This document shows positions 22,666 through 39,100 of a stretch of DNA of 64,000 nt, one piece after another. Under the pieces are notes generated by a model. That model worked only from the letters and a program-made list of their open reading frames with translations. It was not told the origin of the DNA and did no database searches. The DNA comes from the human T2T-CHM13v2.0 reference genome, Homo sapiens: assembly GCF_009914755.1 (NCBI RefSeq), contig NC_060947.1; one strand, given 5' to 3'. The position numbers and the translations under genes are program-made. How positions within the stretch are numbered: position 1 is the stretch's first letter; the number at the start of each line of letters is the position of its first letter.

Positions 22666-24136
22666 TCAGTCTTAATTACTTAATTATCATGCACAGTCCC
22701 CACTATCAATTGTGTCCAGAGTTCTTGTGGGGATATGATGACAGGTGGACTCAATACACAAATTTAACAGTTTTTTTTTAGTTTATATTTCCCACATCTT
22801 TTGGTTAAGACATACAGGAGAGGTCATAAATGTTTATGAAGGCAGTCTTGACACATGTGTATGGAACAAATATGTATGTAACATATGACTCATGTTTATT
22901 TTTGTGTGGGGACTTAACATATAATGTATTATAATTAGGCCCTAGACATCAAAAGGTCTTTTTAGGACATAAAGGCATGCAAATGTGTACTTTTTGTAAA
23001 CTAGCCAGAATTAGCCTATGGTCAGTGGTCTTGTTTATAGTTTGGTATCTTATTGTTACAAAGAATCTGTCTTATCAGTCTTATGATCTCCATTTTAATG
23101 TTAATGCTTGTCAGTTTTGCCTAAATTCCAGAAAGGGTGGGGATGGTGTAGTGAGGCATGCCTGATGCCCTGCTGTCTGTCATGGCCTGAAACTTTTTCT
23201 TTTAGGTTTCTTTGGGATTCCCTTCGGGCAAGAAGGGAGTCCATTTAGTTGGTTGGGGTTTAGGATTTTATTTTTTTTAGTTTATATTCCCCACTGCTTT
23301 TGGTTAAGACATACCAGAGGCAGCATTGATGGCTAAACTTTAATTTTGTCCCGTGTTGTTGCCAGGGTGGTGTGTGTCCATTATGTCCCTTGGTAGGACC
23401 CCTATGGCCAAGGGACGACCCCTATGGCCAAGGGATTAGAGCCAAAAGATTTATAGGCAATTAAACATTCTAGGCCCGATGGGAATGGAGGTAAGCAGGC
23501 ACCCATTAACCTTTAAAATCACTTTCAAGTAACATAAGAGCATACATTTTATGCATTGAGCTATTCTAATTTTGGCTTGTAGCAATTAGGTATATAAAAC
23601 ACAAGCATTTTGTTTAGTGGCTTAGGCATCTGTGTGCCCGTCCTCAATTTGGAGGGTCTGAATTGGTTTTATACCTCAAAACTAGCCCTTATAATCTCAT
23701 ATGCCCACCGCTTGCACAATAGTCCCTGGGTTTGGAACGACTGAATAGTTTTACGCTCTGGAGGCAAAACAAAGATAAAGAATTAGCAGTGTTACAAACA
23801 AAAAAGTTAAAAGCCCTGTCTAGTTTTGAGAAGGGTAAGTTTATAGGTAGCTAAACATTTAAATCATTTAGTATTAAGGCATAGAATAAATTATATTATT
23901 CCAGATAGAGGCAAAATTATTAAATGAATCTTAATGTTTCTGAGGACAGACCTTTCCCTGTGTCTCATGAAAGCAGTTTATTTTGATTGTTGCCTTTGCC
24001 TGAGTCTAAAGAGAAGACTTTGGTTAACTTGAGTCTGGTGTCAGATACTGGCAGGAGTCAGTGTCTTCTTTAGATGAGATATGTGTATCCAGGAGTCAAA
24101 GCCCTATAACTTAACAACACAAAGATTAGTTAATAG

Positions 24137-25043
24137 AGATGCAAGATATTTTCTTGACCCCTTCATTGGATTTGCAACAGGGGTGCCCCATTTACTCAGC
24201 CCACCCCACTCAACCCCTCGTAGGAGGGAATGTGTGAGTGAATGAGTGCAGGAGCCGGAATAAGCAAGTGCAGGAACTGGCTGGCTGCTTTGGTGCCAGC
24301 AGGAGCAAACTTTGTGCAGGCCCTGTGGCATTGTCCAGGTGGGGGTGCCTCCAACCCCAAGGCCCCAGAAGGCATGTTATGATGCTGTCTTAGCTCCACC
24401 ATCCTCAGACAGCAGTGTGTTATTAGTTCAGTGGGCCTTTTGCCTCATCACATGGGGCAGCTTCCCTCTGCCAGTGAGGGTAAAGGGCCAGTGTGACAAC
24501 CTTTTTGGCTACCTGCACTTGGTGAGTCCCAAATTCTTGTCCAGTGCCAAAGAGGAATGAGGTCATGCAGATGAATTGAAAGATGGTGAATGTAGAGAAT
24601 TTTATTGACTGATGAAAGTGGCTTTCAGTGGAGAGGGGAGCTGGAAAGGCGACAGTAAGGGCAGGTCGTTCTACCCTGAAATCAAGCTGCCTCTCTGCCT
24701 CTCTCTTCCAAAGTCAAGTTGCCTCTTTCCGATGTCCACCCACTGTCTCTGAAGTCAAGTCATCTCTCCCTGACATCCAGCCGCTTCTCCTCTCTATCGG
24801 CTGAATCTGGGGTCTTTATAGACACAGGATGGGAGGCAGAATGGGCCTAGGTAGTTTTGGAAAAGGCAATATTCGATTGGGAAAAATACATTATTCAGGA
24901 AGAACCAATTGGGAGAGAGTGGGCACACAGGAATAGAAGTTCTCACTTTGGGCTGTGTGTTTCAGGCTTTTTGGCTCAAAGGTGGGGTTTTACCATGGAC
25001 CCCTCCCATCTGCCTAGAATTTCTCTGCCTCCTGTCGCTATCA
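24137..25043 (-). mobile_element. Solo LTR of the MER52/LTR27/LTR28-like group
   Basis: Perfect 4-bp TSD ATAG on both sides; ends CTGCCTCCTGTCGCTATCA. Confidence 0.75.
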
Positions 25044-26650
25044 ATAGCACCTGATGAGGACTTCTAAGGGGTTGGAGGTGGTAATACTGGAGTTTATGAC
25101 CTGATTGGAAGCTGTAAAAAGATTTTATAACCTTATAGTTATATATATAACTTTGATATATATATCAATTTGATATATATATCAAATTTTTATAACTTTG
25201 ATAAACCTCAGCAGTAAGTTTGAGACTTAATTTAGGATTTGATTTTGAGGACATCTGTCAAAGAGGCTAAAAGGCTTAAAATTGATCAAAACAGAACCAT
25301 AGGTCCTTGTAAAACAAAAGTTGCTAATGTATCCAAGATGATAACTAAGAGATTTTAAAGGCAAGGTGGAAGGTTACATGTATATAAAAACTTAAATCCT
25401 TTTAAATCTCAGTTTTTTAATTAATCAAAAACTTAATAAACTTTATTAAGACAACATAGGAACTATCTTGATAAAATGTAAAATCTTGTTTCTTAAGCCA
25501 GTTATCAAAAAGGCAAAAAAACCCCACCCCTTCTTTAGTGTGACTGTATTTTTAAATTAGAAAGCCCATTTAGATAATCTGAAAGTCAAACTAGATGAAA
25601 AAAGTACTTAACTTTAATCGTACACGGGAAGACTGTGTTTAAGGTAATGAGTATAGCCAGGGAATACATGACTCTGACTAAATGCATGAGAAATTTTCAG
25701 ATTACATTGAAAATTTGGACATATTAAGGAAAGACAAGAGTGCAGAGTCAAGTTATCCTAGAGGAAAACATTACTTTTCTAGACCTTTAAGAGCAAACAT
25801 TTTAGCATTAGGCCACAACAGCAGTTAGAACTGGAAGAAAAATGTTATAGGAGTTGATAAAAAAGCTAAAGGAGAGAGTTGTTACCTTGGGCCCTCTCAA
25901 GGGGAAAAAAAGCTGAATGTAGTGAGATACATCAAAAGTTGAACTTCTGAGATATGATTCCAAGAAGTTTTTAAAAGAAATAGGCTATAGAATTAAAATT
26001 AATAATCTTTTGCAATTTTATTTTTTTAAATTCTGAGTCCTTTTCCCTTTTCTACCTTTTGTAATTTTATTAAGAGTAAATCAATACCTTAAGAAAACTT
26101 TGTTTTACCATAGGTGACCAATCTTTAGAAAGACTATTATAAATAATTCCTTTTTAATTATAGCCCAACTTAATTATATATAAAATTTCTTTCATAAATT
26201 CCTCTTCACAAACTTTATCATGACTTACATAGATTATCTATAACATGCTTGGACTATTTGACTTGTCCTAAATTTTTCTCTTTTCTAAATAACCAGTCAC
26301 TTTATTTTAGGATGAAGATCTTATTTCATATAAAAATTATTTTATTTTCTTTATACCATTTTTAAATTAAAGATATATTTTTATATCCATAACTTTTTCA
26401 TACCTGTCTCCTATTTATTGCCTTTTTCTTTTTTAAAAAAATAACTAAAAAAACCCTCTACATTATATAAAATTATTTTTAAACTAGGAATATAACTTAT
26501 ATAATACTTATTAACTAGAATTCTTATTCTTAGCGACCGTAAATTTTAGTGAAAACCTAGGAAGCAAGAAATTATGAACAATTTAACAGATAATAGTATT
26601 TTATAGAGGAAACCATTCCATAATTTTATTTTAATTAATTAACTAACTAA

Positions 26651-27418
<768 letters not shown>

Positions 27419-28262
27419 TAAACTTTTGACAGTTTATCTAGATTACTTATGAAAACTGAGATATTACACAAAGGTAATCATTATTTAGAGTTAGTTCCCT
27501 GTTAACCATTTTTAAAGTCTGTACACATTAGGTGTTTATTTAAGTAAGAACCTTAAAGTTAAACATATGGGCATTTTGTTGATAATTTAGAAGATTTAAT
27601 TTTTTATTAAACTAACAATATTATATTAGTCTTATTTATTAAAAAAATCACACAAAGATTTTTTTTTGGTGGGTTTATAGGCTTATGACATTTATGTTAA
27701 AGCCTAATACTTTTATTTATAGACAGTGACAAATATAAACCATTTGGTCAATAAACTCAGACAAAAATGTGTGCTGACAATTCTGAAGGTATTTCTATTT
27801 TTATTTCACCAATAATCTTAAGATCAGTTTTATTTATCAAAGATTACTAAATTCATGTGAACTTAAAAAGCATTTTTTGTAGAGGTGGGTGTTTGTCATG
27901 TTGGCTAGGCTGGTCTTGAACTCCTGGCCTCAAGTAATCTGCCCATCTTGGCAGATTGTACTCATTTACTTATAATCCTTTTGGTAGCATGCTAGATACA
28001 ATATATAATACATGTACATACACATGAACAGATCTAAACATGTATACGCACACAAACAAAGGTCCCAATAGCTTTTACCTCAGAATTCTAGCCATCAGAT
28101 AACAATACAAACTCACAACTTTATGAAAGATAGCTGGATCCACATTATTCTTTGATTACATTGGAAGCTGTTTATATGGCTAAATTTTGATTGCCCCCAA
28201 TATATAATCCAATGAAAGCTGTGAACCAAAATTTGGGTAAAGCAGTCTCTGTGGCAGTTTGA

Positions 28263-28297
<35 letters not shown>

Positions 28298-29597
28298 CCT
28301 CTTCTATCTTTTTTTTTTCAGTTTCAGATGAGTTTCCAATGTTTATATTCTAGTTGGACCACAAATAACGAGTCTCATCTCAGCACCCGAAGGTTAGTAA
28401 TAGATTTCAAGCAGGCAGAATAGAAATTAGAGGAAGATGGAGAGCTTTAAAACACTCTGCTTAACTTTCTAGTTGCAGGTTACCACTCGAGCTCTGAATT
28501 TTTCTTGCTGTAATTTTCTCATCATTTAAAAATGTGCACAAAAATACGTCATAATATGTAACCAGCTGTAATTCCAAAGAGAATTAAAATATGAAGTTCC
28601 TGGCAGGCTTCTGTGAAGGAGCTGGGTTTTAAAGGAGAGAAAGAGAAAGAGAAGGAAAGAGAAGGAGGTTTGTGACCCTTCCAGCCCCTGCATGGTGTGG
28701 GTTTGGTACCCCCACCACTCTCATTTACCTCCTGTCAGGGAGAGCCCAAGTACCCTAGACCTGCACAATGTAGGATGAATCCCTCCCCACTCCGCAAGTC
28801 ACTGGTTGAAGTGAACTGTTTCCAGCTGGAGGGAGCTAAAGATACATTTGCCTGAGAGAAGTAACGATGTAGGTGGCTTTGCAAGATAAATCAGGAAGAT
28901 GAAGTCGTAAGTGAAAAGGAAAGGATGAAATCAGGATCCACACACAAAGGTCAAACACTCACACTTACAAACAAATGGTGCACTTCTGAACAAAACCCTG
29001 GTTAAGGGGCTAGGTAAAATCCTGAATGCCTTACCTCAGTTCCAAACAGCTCCACAGGCAGCTAAGTCCAAATGGTGCCAAAGCCCCAATGGTGCCACAT
29101 ATACAAATGTGTTAAACGCCAAAATGGTGCCACCGGCAGCCAAGTCTAAACAGAGCAGATCCCCAGCAACACTGTAGAAGACACAGAGGAAAGTCGAGTC
29201 CACTCCAAGTCACTCACCCAGTTTCAAAGGTTGCCAAATTTCTTCAGAGGTCACATTCTTTATACCAGCAAGGCATTGAAGGCAGCAGACATCATGCAGG
29301 AAAGAGAAAGGGAGGTTACCTGAAAAGAAAGCATTTCGGCAGCTTCTGGGAAATACCCTAATGTTCTTACAACAAGCAGTTGTAAGAACTTGCTTACCAA
29401 CAAGCAGTTGGTGTTCACAGGTGGCCCTGTGCCCTGCCCAGTAGTGTAAACTGGGCTAGTAGGCTCGGACAGCCAGAAATGCACAGTGCTCCCTGTATGG
29501 GCCACCAAATGTTTAACCAAACACAGATTTGGCCGCTCAGCGCTTGCAAAATCAAATAGCAAGGACGAGGGTGGTAAAAAGAAAGTGATTTATTCTA

Positions 29598-30045
<448 letters not shown>

Positions 30046-31410
30046 TTAACCTTTGGGATAGAAAACAAGGGTTTAAAAAGGGGAACTTGGAGTGAATGGC
30101 ATGCAAGAGGGGTGACTAGGTGTGGGATCTATGTGACTCGCTCCAATGCTTACCTTAAGTGATGCTGTGGTCTGATGGTCTGGTCAGTGCCTTCGTGGAC
30201 AGAAGTGGGTTGTTAATTAATTGCTGTTTTGAGGCAGTCTCCCGGTGGGGGAGAATTCCAGAGGGTGCTTTGTTTGTTTTGAGATTTGGTCCCTGGAACT
30301 TCTAAGCAAAAACATAGTTAGATAAGCTTGCAGTGCAGGGAGTGCCTGTTCAAAAGAAGGTAAAGATTTTAATTGTATTCCTAAAGAGCTAAGTAAGAGG
30401 CGAGGGAAAAAGAAAAAAAGGTAAAAATAATTCCTTTTAAGAAAATGGGGCACTTGGTTTCATTGCTACCTTCAATCTTCTCTTCAGCTGCCTTGAATGC
30501 TTTAATATGTCCCTGGCAAACTCCTACCTCTTCCATTCCTCTGTCCACTCCTGCCAGACTTCCCTTTCCATTTTGACCCCTCAACTTCCCAGTCTCTTTA
30601 CCTTTAGGTTGCTTGACCCCATTAGGGGCTCTCAAGGGACTTAGTGACCCCAAAGGCAACTACCTGAAGCTCAAAAGGAAAAAGGATAATTAGAAATAGA
30701 CTGAATATTTTATCCACTCAGATGTGTTTTGGAGATAATCAAACAGCCGCTAGATGTCTCCTTAGTCTCTTGCCTAAAATAGTATCCACGGACTTCATAA
30801 GATTACATATCAGGGTAAAAGAAAATCTTAAAAGTCTTCTCTACAAATATTGATTTAAAAAAGGCTTTAGCCTTTATTCAGTAGGTAACCTTGTCCCATT
30901 TTTGTCAGAAATGTAATTCGGATAAAAATATAAAGAAGATATGAATCAATGAGTTTTGTATTAATGATTCATGGCTAAAAGTTTAGAATGAAACCAAGAT
31001 CTCCGTTTATGCCTGTGTCTATGTTTATGTATGAATGTATGTTATGTATATGTGATTTTTTTCCACCTCTGGATGGTATTAACTAATGAATTTATAAAAT
31101 CTCTTAAAGGAGCTCTATTCAAATTGGCCTAAAGATAAATGAACACTTATCTCAATGGAATATTCCTAAAACTCCCAGTGATATAGAAAGAAACCCAAAT
31201 GCTTTTCAAGTTCACATGACTTGGTTAAATCTTTGGTAAATAAAGTTAGTTTAATATTTTTGGTTTAATAAAAACAGCTGTCTTCTGAGTTGTCAGTTTC
31301 AAGTATAATATGGGCATATATTTTTATTCTATTTGGGTTTACTCATTTAATAAACTAATATTATGTCTGGCAGATGTTTAAGGTTATAAACATTATAAAT
31401 TCAAGCTAAT

Positions 31411-31771
<361 letters not shown>

Positions 31772-32041
31772 CTAACAACAAATGTACAAGTAAAGATGCA
31801 GGTAAAACTGAATTGTCCGATTCCATTACGTCATGTGTGTCAAGCACAGCAGTAAAACAACAAACTCATGCATTTAACTTTTTAGGTTTTTGCTTTTGTG
31901 ATGCCAGTCAAACATGGACATCCTGTAAAAATAGTTAATAGGGAAATAACTTCAAATGATGGCTAGCTTTGTTTAATGTTATGTTTGCCTAAAATAAGAA
32001 CCTAGATCTTTTCTAAGTAAGATAAACCACTTAAACACTAA

Positions 32042-32387
<346 letters not shown>

Positions 32388-33342
32388 TGGTGTTTTATTT
32401 TTATATGATATAGTGAAGCTAAATACATCTGGTTCTGTTAATGAACATGAAAAATTATACAATGAGGAAGCATATTCCTCTAGAAATTGTGAAACTGTGT
32501 GTTCATAAATTTGCTAATCTGCTACAGAACACTAGTATATGACAGTGCTATAGACTCAATGTTTGTGTCCCCGCCAAATTCATACGTTGAAATCCTAACC
32601 CCTAATGTGATTGTATTAGAAAGTGGGGCCTTTGGTAGGTTATTAGGTCATGAGGGTAGAGTCTTCACAAATGGGATTAGTGTCCTTAAGCATTCTCTGC
32701 CTGTTTCTATTATGTAAATACATGTAAAGCCCTGATAAATTTCCCCAAATGTCATTGTTACAAACCTATTTATATCTTTACTACAGAGCATATCGTGGGA
32801 AAATTTTTTATTTGAAATCACACGGTTAAGAGTTCAGAATTGGTTAGAAGAGTAGGGAATGGCTTACGCTAATATATCTACAATGACGTATTTGTGTTCC
32901 TGTAGTGTTAAGGATAGGAAGACAATGGATATTCAACAGCAGCAACAATAATATCAACAATTAATCTAAAGAAACTTACAAGAAAATATGACTAAATATT
33001 TACCCACTTTTGGCATTTGAGTTTTGCTTTCAATTATTTAAACTGGATTTCCTGAAGTATTTAATTTGAAATGTGAATATCTGCTCTCTTCAAGTGATAC
33101 CTTTTTCCTTTGCTGTTTTTAATGTGTTTTCTGTAGCTGTAATAAACCATAAACAGGTGTCTGACAGCTTTTCTGAGTCCAGAAGCACAGAATGCTCTAT
33201 GAAAGACCATGATCCATTCTCTCTCCTATCAACATGTTTTTGTTTGTTCTGTACCCCATTTGTTTTGTCTAGGAGCAAACACACAGAGATCTTAAGCCTA
33301 TTAAAGTTGTGTTTTGGCTTAGTTTCGGTACACATATCCTTT

Positions 33343-33987
33343 TAATACAGCAGTTATTAAAAATTATTTTAGGCAATTAGAAAGGGTAAAGAGTTCTTGG
33401 TGGAATTTTCCATTAATAAAAAGCAGCCCCCAAACCATTTCTTTTCTAACAGAAAGCAGCCTGAAACTTCAAGCTGCAAGCATAGCTATGCAAGCTAGCT
33501 TTCATATGTAAATGCCATCAGCTGTACCTGGAAGCCAGGTACATTCAATATGGCGATTCTCGCTCCCTTTTCTTTGTGGCCACGTGTGCGGGTGTCATGG
33601 CACTAGCCAGGTAAAGTCACATGTGCAGGTGTCATGGTGACAGTCAGATAGAAGCCATAATTGCATAATAAAAGATTAGGGTTGGAGGGCCAGTCTTTTC
33701 ATGGACTGTGTAAATGGAGCACCTGGTCAAACCAATCCCCTGGGCTCTATGTAAATCAATCACCGCCTCCTCAAGCCTTTGTACAAAATTGATCACGTTC
33801 TGCACCTAACCCAGAAACCCTCTCTCAGGTGACCCGCTTTCTCAGCATGAGGAAGCTTATTCTATCTCTCTTCCTTTTTGTCTGTTAAACTTTCTGCTCC
33901 TTAACCCACTCCACGTGTGTGTCCATGTTGTTAATCATCGGCGCGAGACAACTAACTACAGGTATTGCCCCAGAGGAAGTGGTTTCA
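33343..33987 (+). mobile_element. Solo LTR, MER61-like
   Basis: 4-bp TSD CTTT on both sides; AAATTATTTTAGGCAATTAGAAAGGGTAAAGAG start; CCAAT and TATA-like box. Confidence 0.7.
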
Positions 33988-34019
33988 CTTTGAATGGTTT
34001 GGCACTATTGTCAAATATC

Positions 34020-35626
34020 ATACTTGTTATAAGTCTTTGCAGATTTTCTATTTATTCTTGAGTCAGTTTTGGTAGTTTGTGTGTTTGTAGGAATTGTTTT
34101 TCAATGTATTAGGGCATCTAATTTGTTGAAATACAATGTTCATAGTATTTTCTTATAATCCTTTTTATTTCTGTCAAATCAGTGGTAACATCCCCTCTTC
34201 TTTTTCTAAAAAAATAATTTCAGCTTTTATTTTTGATTCAGGGGATACATGTGCAGGTTTGTTACATGAGTATATTGCATGATGTTGAGGTTTGAGATCT
34301 GAATGGTCCTGTCATCCGGATGGGATACTAGTGAACATAGTACCCAACAGTTAGTTTTTCAACCCTTGCCCCCTTCCCTACCTCCCCCCATCAGTCCCTA
34401 GTGCCTATTATTGCCATCTTTATGTCCATGAGTACCCAATGTTTAGCTACCACTATAAGTGAGTACATGCAGTATTTGGTGTTCTGTTCCTATGTTAATT
34501 AACTTAGGATAATGGCCTCCAGCTGCATCCTTGTTGCTGCAAAGGACATGATTTCATTCTTTTTATGTCTGCACGGTATGCCACGGTGTATGTGTGCCAC
34601 ATTTTCTTTATCCAGTCCACCATTGATAGGCACCTAGGTTGATTCCATGTCTTCACTACAGTGAATATTGCTGTGATGAATATATGAGTGAATGTGTCTT
34701 TTTGGTAGAACAGTTTATTTTCTTTTGGATGTATGCCAGTAATGGGATTGCTGGGTCAAATGATAATTCTGTTTTAAGTTCTTTGAGAATTCTCCAAATT
34801 GCTCTCCAAAGTGGCTGAACTAATTGACATTTCCACCAACAGTGTGTAAGTGTCCTTTCTTCTGCAGCCTCACCAGCATCTGTTGTTTTTTGATTTATTA
34901 ATAATAGCTATTCTGATGGGTGTGAGATGGTATCTCATTGTGGTTTTGATTTGCATTTCTCTGATGATTAGTGATATTGAACATTTTTTCAAATGTTTGT
35001 TGGCCACTTGTATGTCTCCTTTTGAAAAGTGTCTGTTCATGTGTTTTTTGCCTGCTTTTTAATGGAGTTACTTGTTTTTTATTTCTTGAATTGTTTCCTT
35101 ATAGATTCTGGATAGTAGGCCTTTGTTGGATGCATAGTTTGTGAATATTTTCTCCCATTCTGTGGGTTGTCTATTTACTCTGTTTATAGCTTCTTTTGCT
35201 ATGCAAAAGTGCTTTAGTTTACTTGGGTCCCAATTGTCAATTTTTGTTTTTGTTGCAATTGCTTTTGAGGACTTACTCACAAACTCTTTCTTGAGGCTGA
35301 TGTCCAGAATGGTGTTTCCTAGATTTTCTAGGGTTCTTATAGTTTGATATCTTACATTTAAATCTTTAACCCATCTTCAGTTAATTTTTGTATATGATAA
35401 AATGTTTGTATATGATAACCCATCTTCAGATAATTTTTGTATATGATATGTAGGGGCCCAGTTTCATTCTTCTGCATATAGCTAGTTAGCTATCTCAGCA
35501 CCATTTACTGAATAGGGAGTCCTTTCCCCATTGCTTATTTTTGTCAAGTTTGTAAGAGATCAAATGGCCATAGGTGTGCAGCTTTATTTCTGGGCTCTCT
35601 ATTCTTTTCCATTGGTCTATGTGTCT

Positions 35627-35659
<33 letters not shown>

Positions 35660-36155
35660 AGTATTATCCCCTCTTTCATTTCTTATTTTAGTTTTTGATA
35701 TTCCCTCTTTTGTTAGTCTGGCTAAAAGTTTGTCAACTTTGTTGATCTTTCAGAGAACCACATTTTGGATCTGCTGATAGTTTATATTGCTTTCCTATTC
35801 TCTATTTTGTTTGTCTCCATTCTTTATTATTTCCTTCCTTCTGCTAGCTTTGGTCTAGTTTCCTCTCCTTTGCTAGTTTCTAAATGTGTAAGTTCGATTA
35901 TTGATTTTGCACATTTCTTCTTTTTTAATGTAGGTGTTTTTAGGTATAGATTTTCCTCTGAGCATTGTTTTTGCTGCATTTCATAGGTTTTGGGAGTTTG
36001 TGTCTTCATTTTAATGCATCTCTAAGTATTTTCTAGTTTCCCTGGTGATATCTTCTTCAATCCATTTGTTGTTTAACAGCATATTATTTATTTCCGCATA
36101 TTTGTGAATTTCCCAGTTTCCCTTCTGCTATTGGTTTCTAATTTCATTTCATGAT
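34020..36155 (-). mobile_element. L1 fragments: L1PB/L1MA-type 3' portion (about 34210-35630) inside an older L1M
   Basis: L1 ORF2-like translations (e.g. [28 protein letters not shown]) and 3' UTR motifs. Confidence 0.85.
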
Positions 36156-39100
36156 TGTGAAAAGTAAAGTAGAGGTTCCTCTTCAAAGACTTTCCTCCCC
36201 ATCTAATTAGGAAGAAATAGTAACTTCTCTTAGAAGCAAAATTTATTCAAAGACCTGGGCTAACATTCTTAAATATCTGTGAGCTGTAATAAAGAAATCA
36301 ATGTACTTTATGTTCTTAGCTTCCACAATTTAGCCTAAATATTTGCCCTGGCATGCTTATACTGGTCCAAGCAAGCATTAGGATAGCCTGTTCCTTTTCC
36401 TTATTTGAAGGTGTTTTTACCTTTCTCAGCATTCCATAAATTACTTCCTCCTTCCTTTGTTCTCCTCTGCCTTTGCCTCTTTTAAAAAGTTCTAAGTTGC
36501 TAGCCAATCAGGACTAATACAGAATGTGAGGTTCCATTCCAGCCAATGGAGACTGGACATAGCAGTAGGGTGGACATGTCAGGTTATAAATGACCCTGTC
36601 TCCCTTGTTCAGTGTACTCTCATGGCAGAACAGCTGGCGAGTGTACCCTTTCTGCAGAAAGTAAAAATGCCCTTGCTGAGGAAATTAAATTTATGTTCAA
36701 GTAAATTTCTTTATGGCACTGGGAAACAAGCATTTCTAACAATTTTGGTGGAAATCCGTACATGGATACGTTCTCTTCTGGGGGCGGTCTCCAGTCCTTT
36801 CTCATGAGGGAGCACACTCCTCTGCCTCATTGCAGTGGCCTCAGGGATATGGAATTAAGATCCACCTGGTGTGATGAATAAACCCAGACTCTCAGCAACG
36901 CAGGAAAAAAAAAACAAAAACTGGCTGGCGATCTGGAGTAAAGGATCCTCACATCCACGTGAACCAGGAAACTCTGTGCCCAAATCGACGAAAAAAAAAC
37001 ACTGGGAGAGCCGGTAAAGTATTTCCTTGGGGTGGTTAAAAAGAGGTGAGAAATCCCCATTGGGGGGGTTAAACCTTAAAAAGAGGTAAGAAATCCCCAT
37101 TGTAGGGGTTGAACCTCAAAAAGAGGTGAGAAATCCCCATTGGGGGATTGAACCTCAAAGAGGTGAGAAATCCCCATTGTGGGGGTTGAATCTCACACAA
37201 ACCTCCGGTAGTAAATATATATTCAAAACTCCCCTTTCCTCTCTTCTCAGGAAAAGAAAAAGGCTAAGCTCCACTCCCACCAGTTGCTCCCCTAGGGGAA
37301 GGGGAAGGAGAGGGGGGAAAACAGCAGCATAGGTGGCTGGCAGAGGCGAAGTCCAGCAGGGAGGAAAAAGAAACCAGGAAAGGAAGTCAGAGAGAAAGAG
37401 CAAAAACAGCAAGCGTGACACCAGACAGGCGCACCAAGGGTTAAGTCCCTCTCCCCAGCCCAGCTCTATGTGAAAAAGAGGGTGGGGAACGGCGCCAGGA
37501 GGAGAGCAGAGGAGGTGAAAGGGCATAATTATTGCAACTTGCAGCAGGCATCTGCCAAGCCTCTGGGCCAGTGATGGCCCGGGGTCTGGACTGCAGCCCC
37601 ACAAATCCCACCCAGCCCAAGAAACTGAGTGTAAGAAGAAAGGAAAAAAGTAAAAAGGGAAATTGGGAAAAGAAAAAAAAAGCAGATGAAACAGACGGCA
37701 GTGTGTGTGTGGGGGCGGGACCCATGCCATTGCCCGGCCTTGCCGGCCGGCAGGAGCAGGAGAACTTGGGAGGGAAAAAGGAACAAGGGATGACGGAGAG
37801 AGAGAGAAAAAAAGAGAGTGCAAATGAGAGAGAGAAATAGAGGGAAAGAATAAGTAAGAGACAGAAATCAAAGAAAGACAGAGGGTGAAACTAGGAAAAG
37901 AAATAGTGTAAAAGGAAGGCAGAAAGTTAAGACATGTTGAAGATTGTCTGTGAAAGTCGTAAGAAAGGTTATAAAGGGAATTTATGCAAGAAATATTGTA
38001 TAATTTAAAAGTAATTAGGCCTCCTGAATGTAAAACTATTAAAAAAACAGTTTATGTACAAAGTATGTAAGAAAAATAAAATATACTTTTAATAAAAGGA
38101 TTATAAGGAGGCATAAGAATATGGATTTTTACCTACATTAAAAGGTTTAAAAATTTTTGTTTTAAAGGTTTAAGCAAGTTTTAACATGTTAATTGTAAAG
38201 GAAATTCTGTGTGTAAACATTTTGGCTAAAGGTAAAGGGTTTATCATCCAGTTTTGCTGTGAACTGAACATTAAAATAAAACCACAATAGTTTATTCTTA
38301 AAGCACTAACCTGCTCTTTAACAAAAAATTTAACATGTTAAAAAGAGTCTATAAAAATCTTACCTTATAGTCAGACATTAAAATTGGATAATATCTACAA
38401 GATTTTATTAAAATTAAGTTTAACATTAATAGCACATTAATATAAAGGTAAAATTTAACTTACCTGGTACAAAATCATACAAAAAGCATTGTCAAATATA
38501 AAATGGTGTTTAGCTTTCTTAAGGTCCGAGGGCAGCTGGGTAAGTCACAAGCTCCTCATCCCCAAGGCCACAATGTGCAGGGGAGATGAAGGCCACTAGA
38601 AGGCCAAGACCTTAAGAGGGGGCAGGGCTGCAGCATCCTGTGAGTGGTGCTGAGCAGGAATGGAGTGGGAGGCATCACCATGGGACCTCAAGCCCCAGAA
38701 TATGCAGCAAAAATTATATACTTTTTATCTTCCACTTTCCCTTCCCTCAGAACTAAAAGTCTTTTAGCACGGGTACCAGCCCTAGAATTTCCAGTACACC
38801 AGCAGCAGCCTGGAAACCACATCCTCATCAAAAGACAGAAAGAAAAAAACTCGAGCCAGCCTGAGAAGGACCCTATTTTATGCTGTTAACCACTGAGACT
38901 GCCATCCTCACAGCTGAGAAAGGATGGACCCACCATACTCAAGTCAAGAAAACATCTTCCTCGTCAGAATCATGGGTTACTGTACTAGGATTAAGCCTTA
39001 CTAAGTTAAAGTTAAAGAAAGCTTAATTTTCATATACCTTCTATATTGCTTCTTTTCCTTTCCTTATTCTGTTACTAGCTCCTTTGTTATTAATGTAACT

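Noticed and set aside
23397-23435. 20-bp tandem duplication GACCCCTATGGCCAAGGGA
   Set aside because: Ordinary slippage duplication inside a decayed ERV; no functional hint
37041-37197. CRISPR-like regularly spaced repeats
   Set aside because: No unique spacers; simple tandem repeat in an ERV leader in eukaryotic DNA
37155-37871. 238-aa hydrophobic ORF on the minus strand
   Set aside because: Antisense to a purine-rich ERV internal region; compositional artefact
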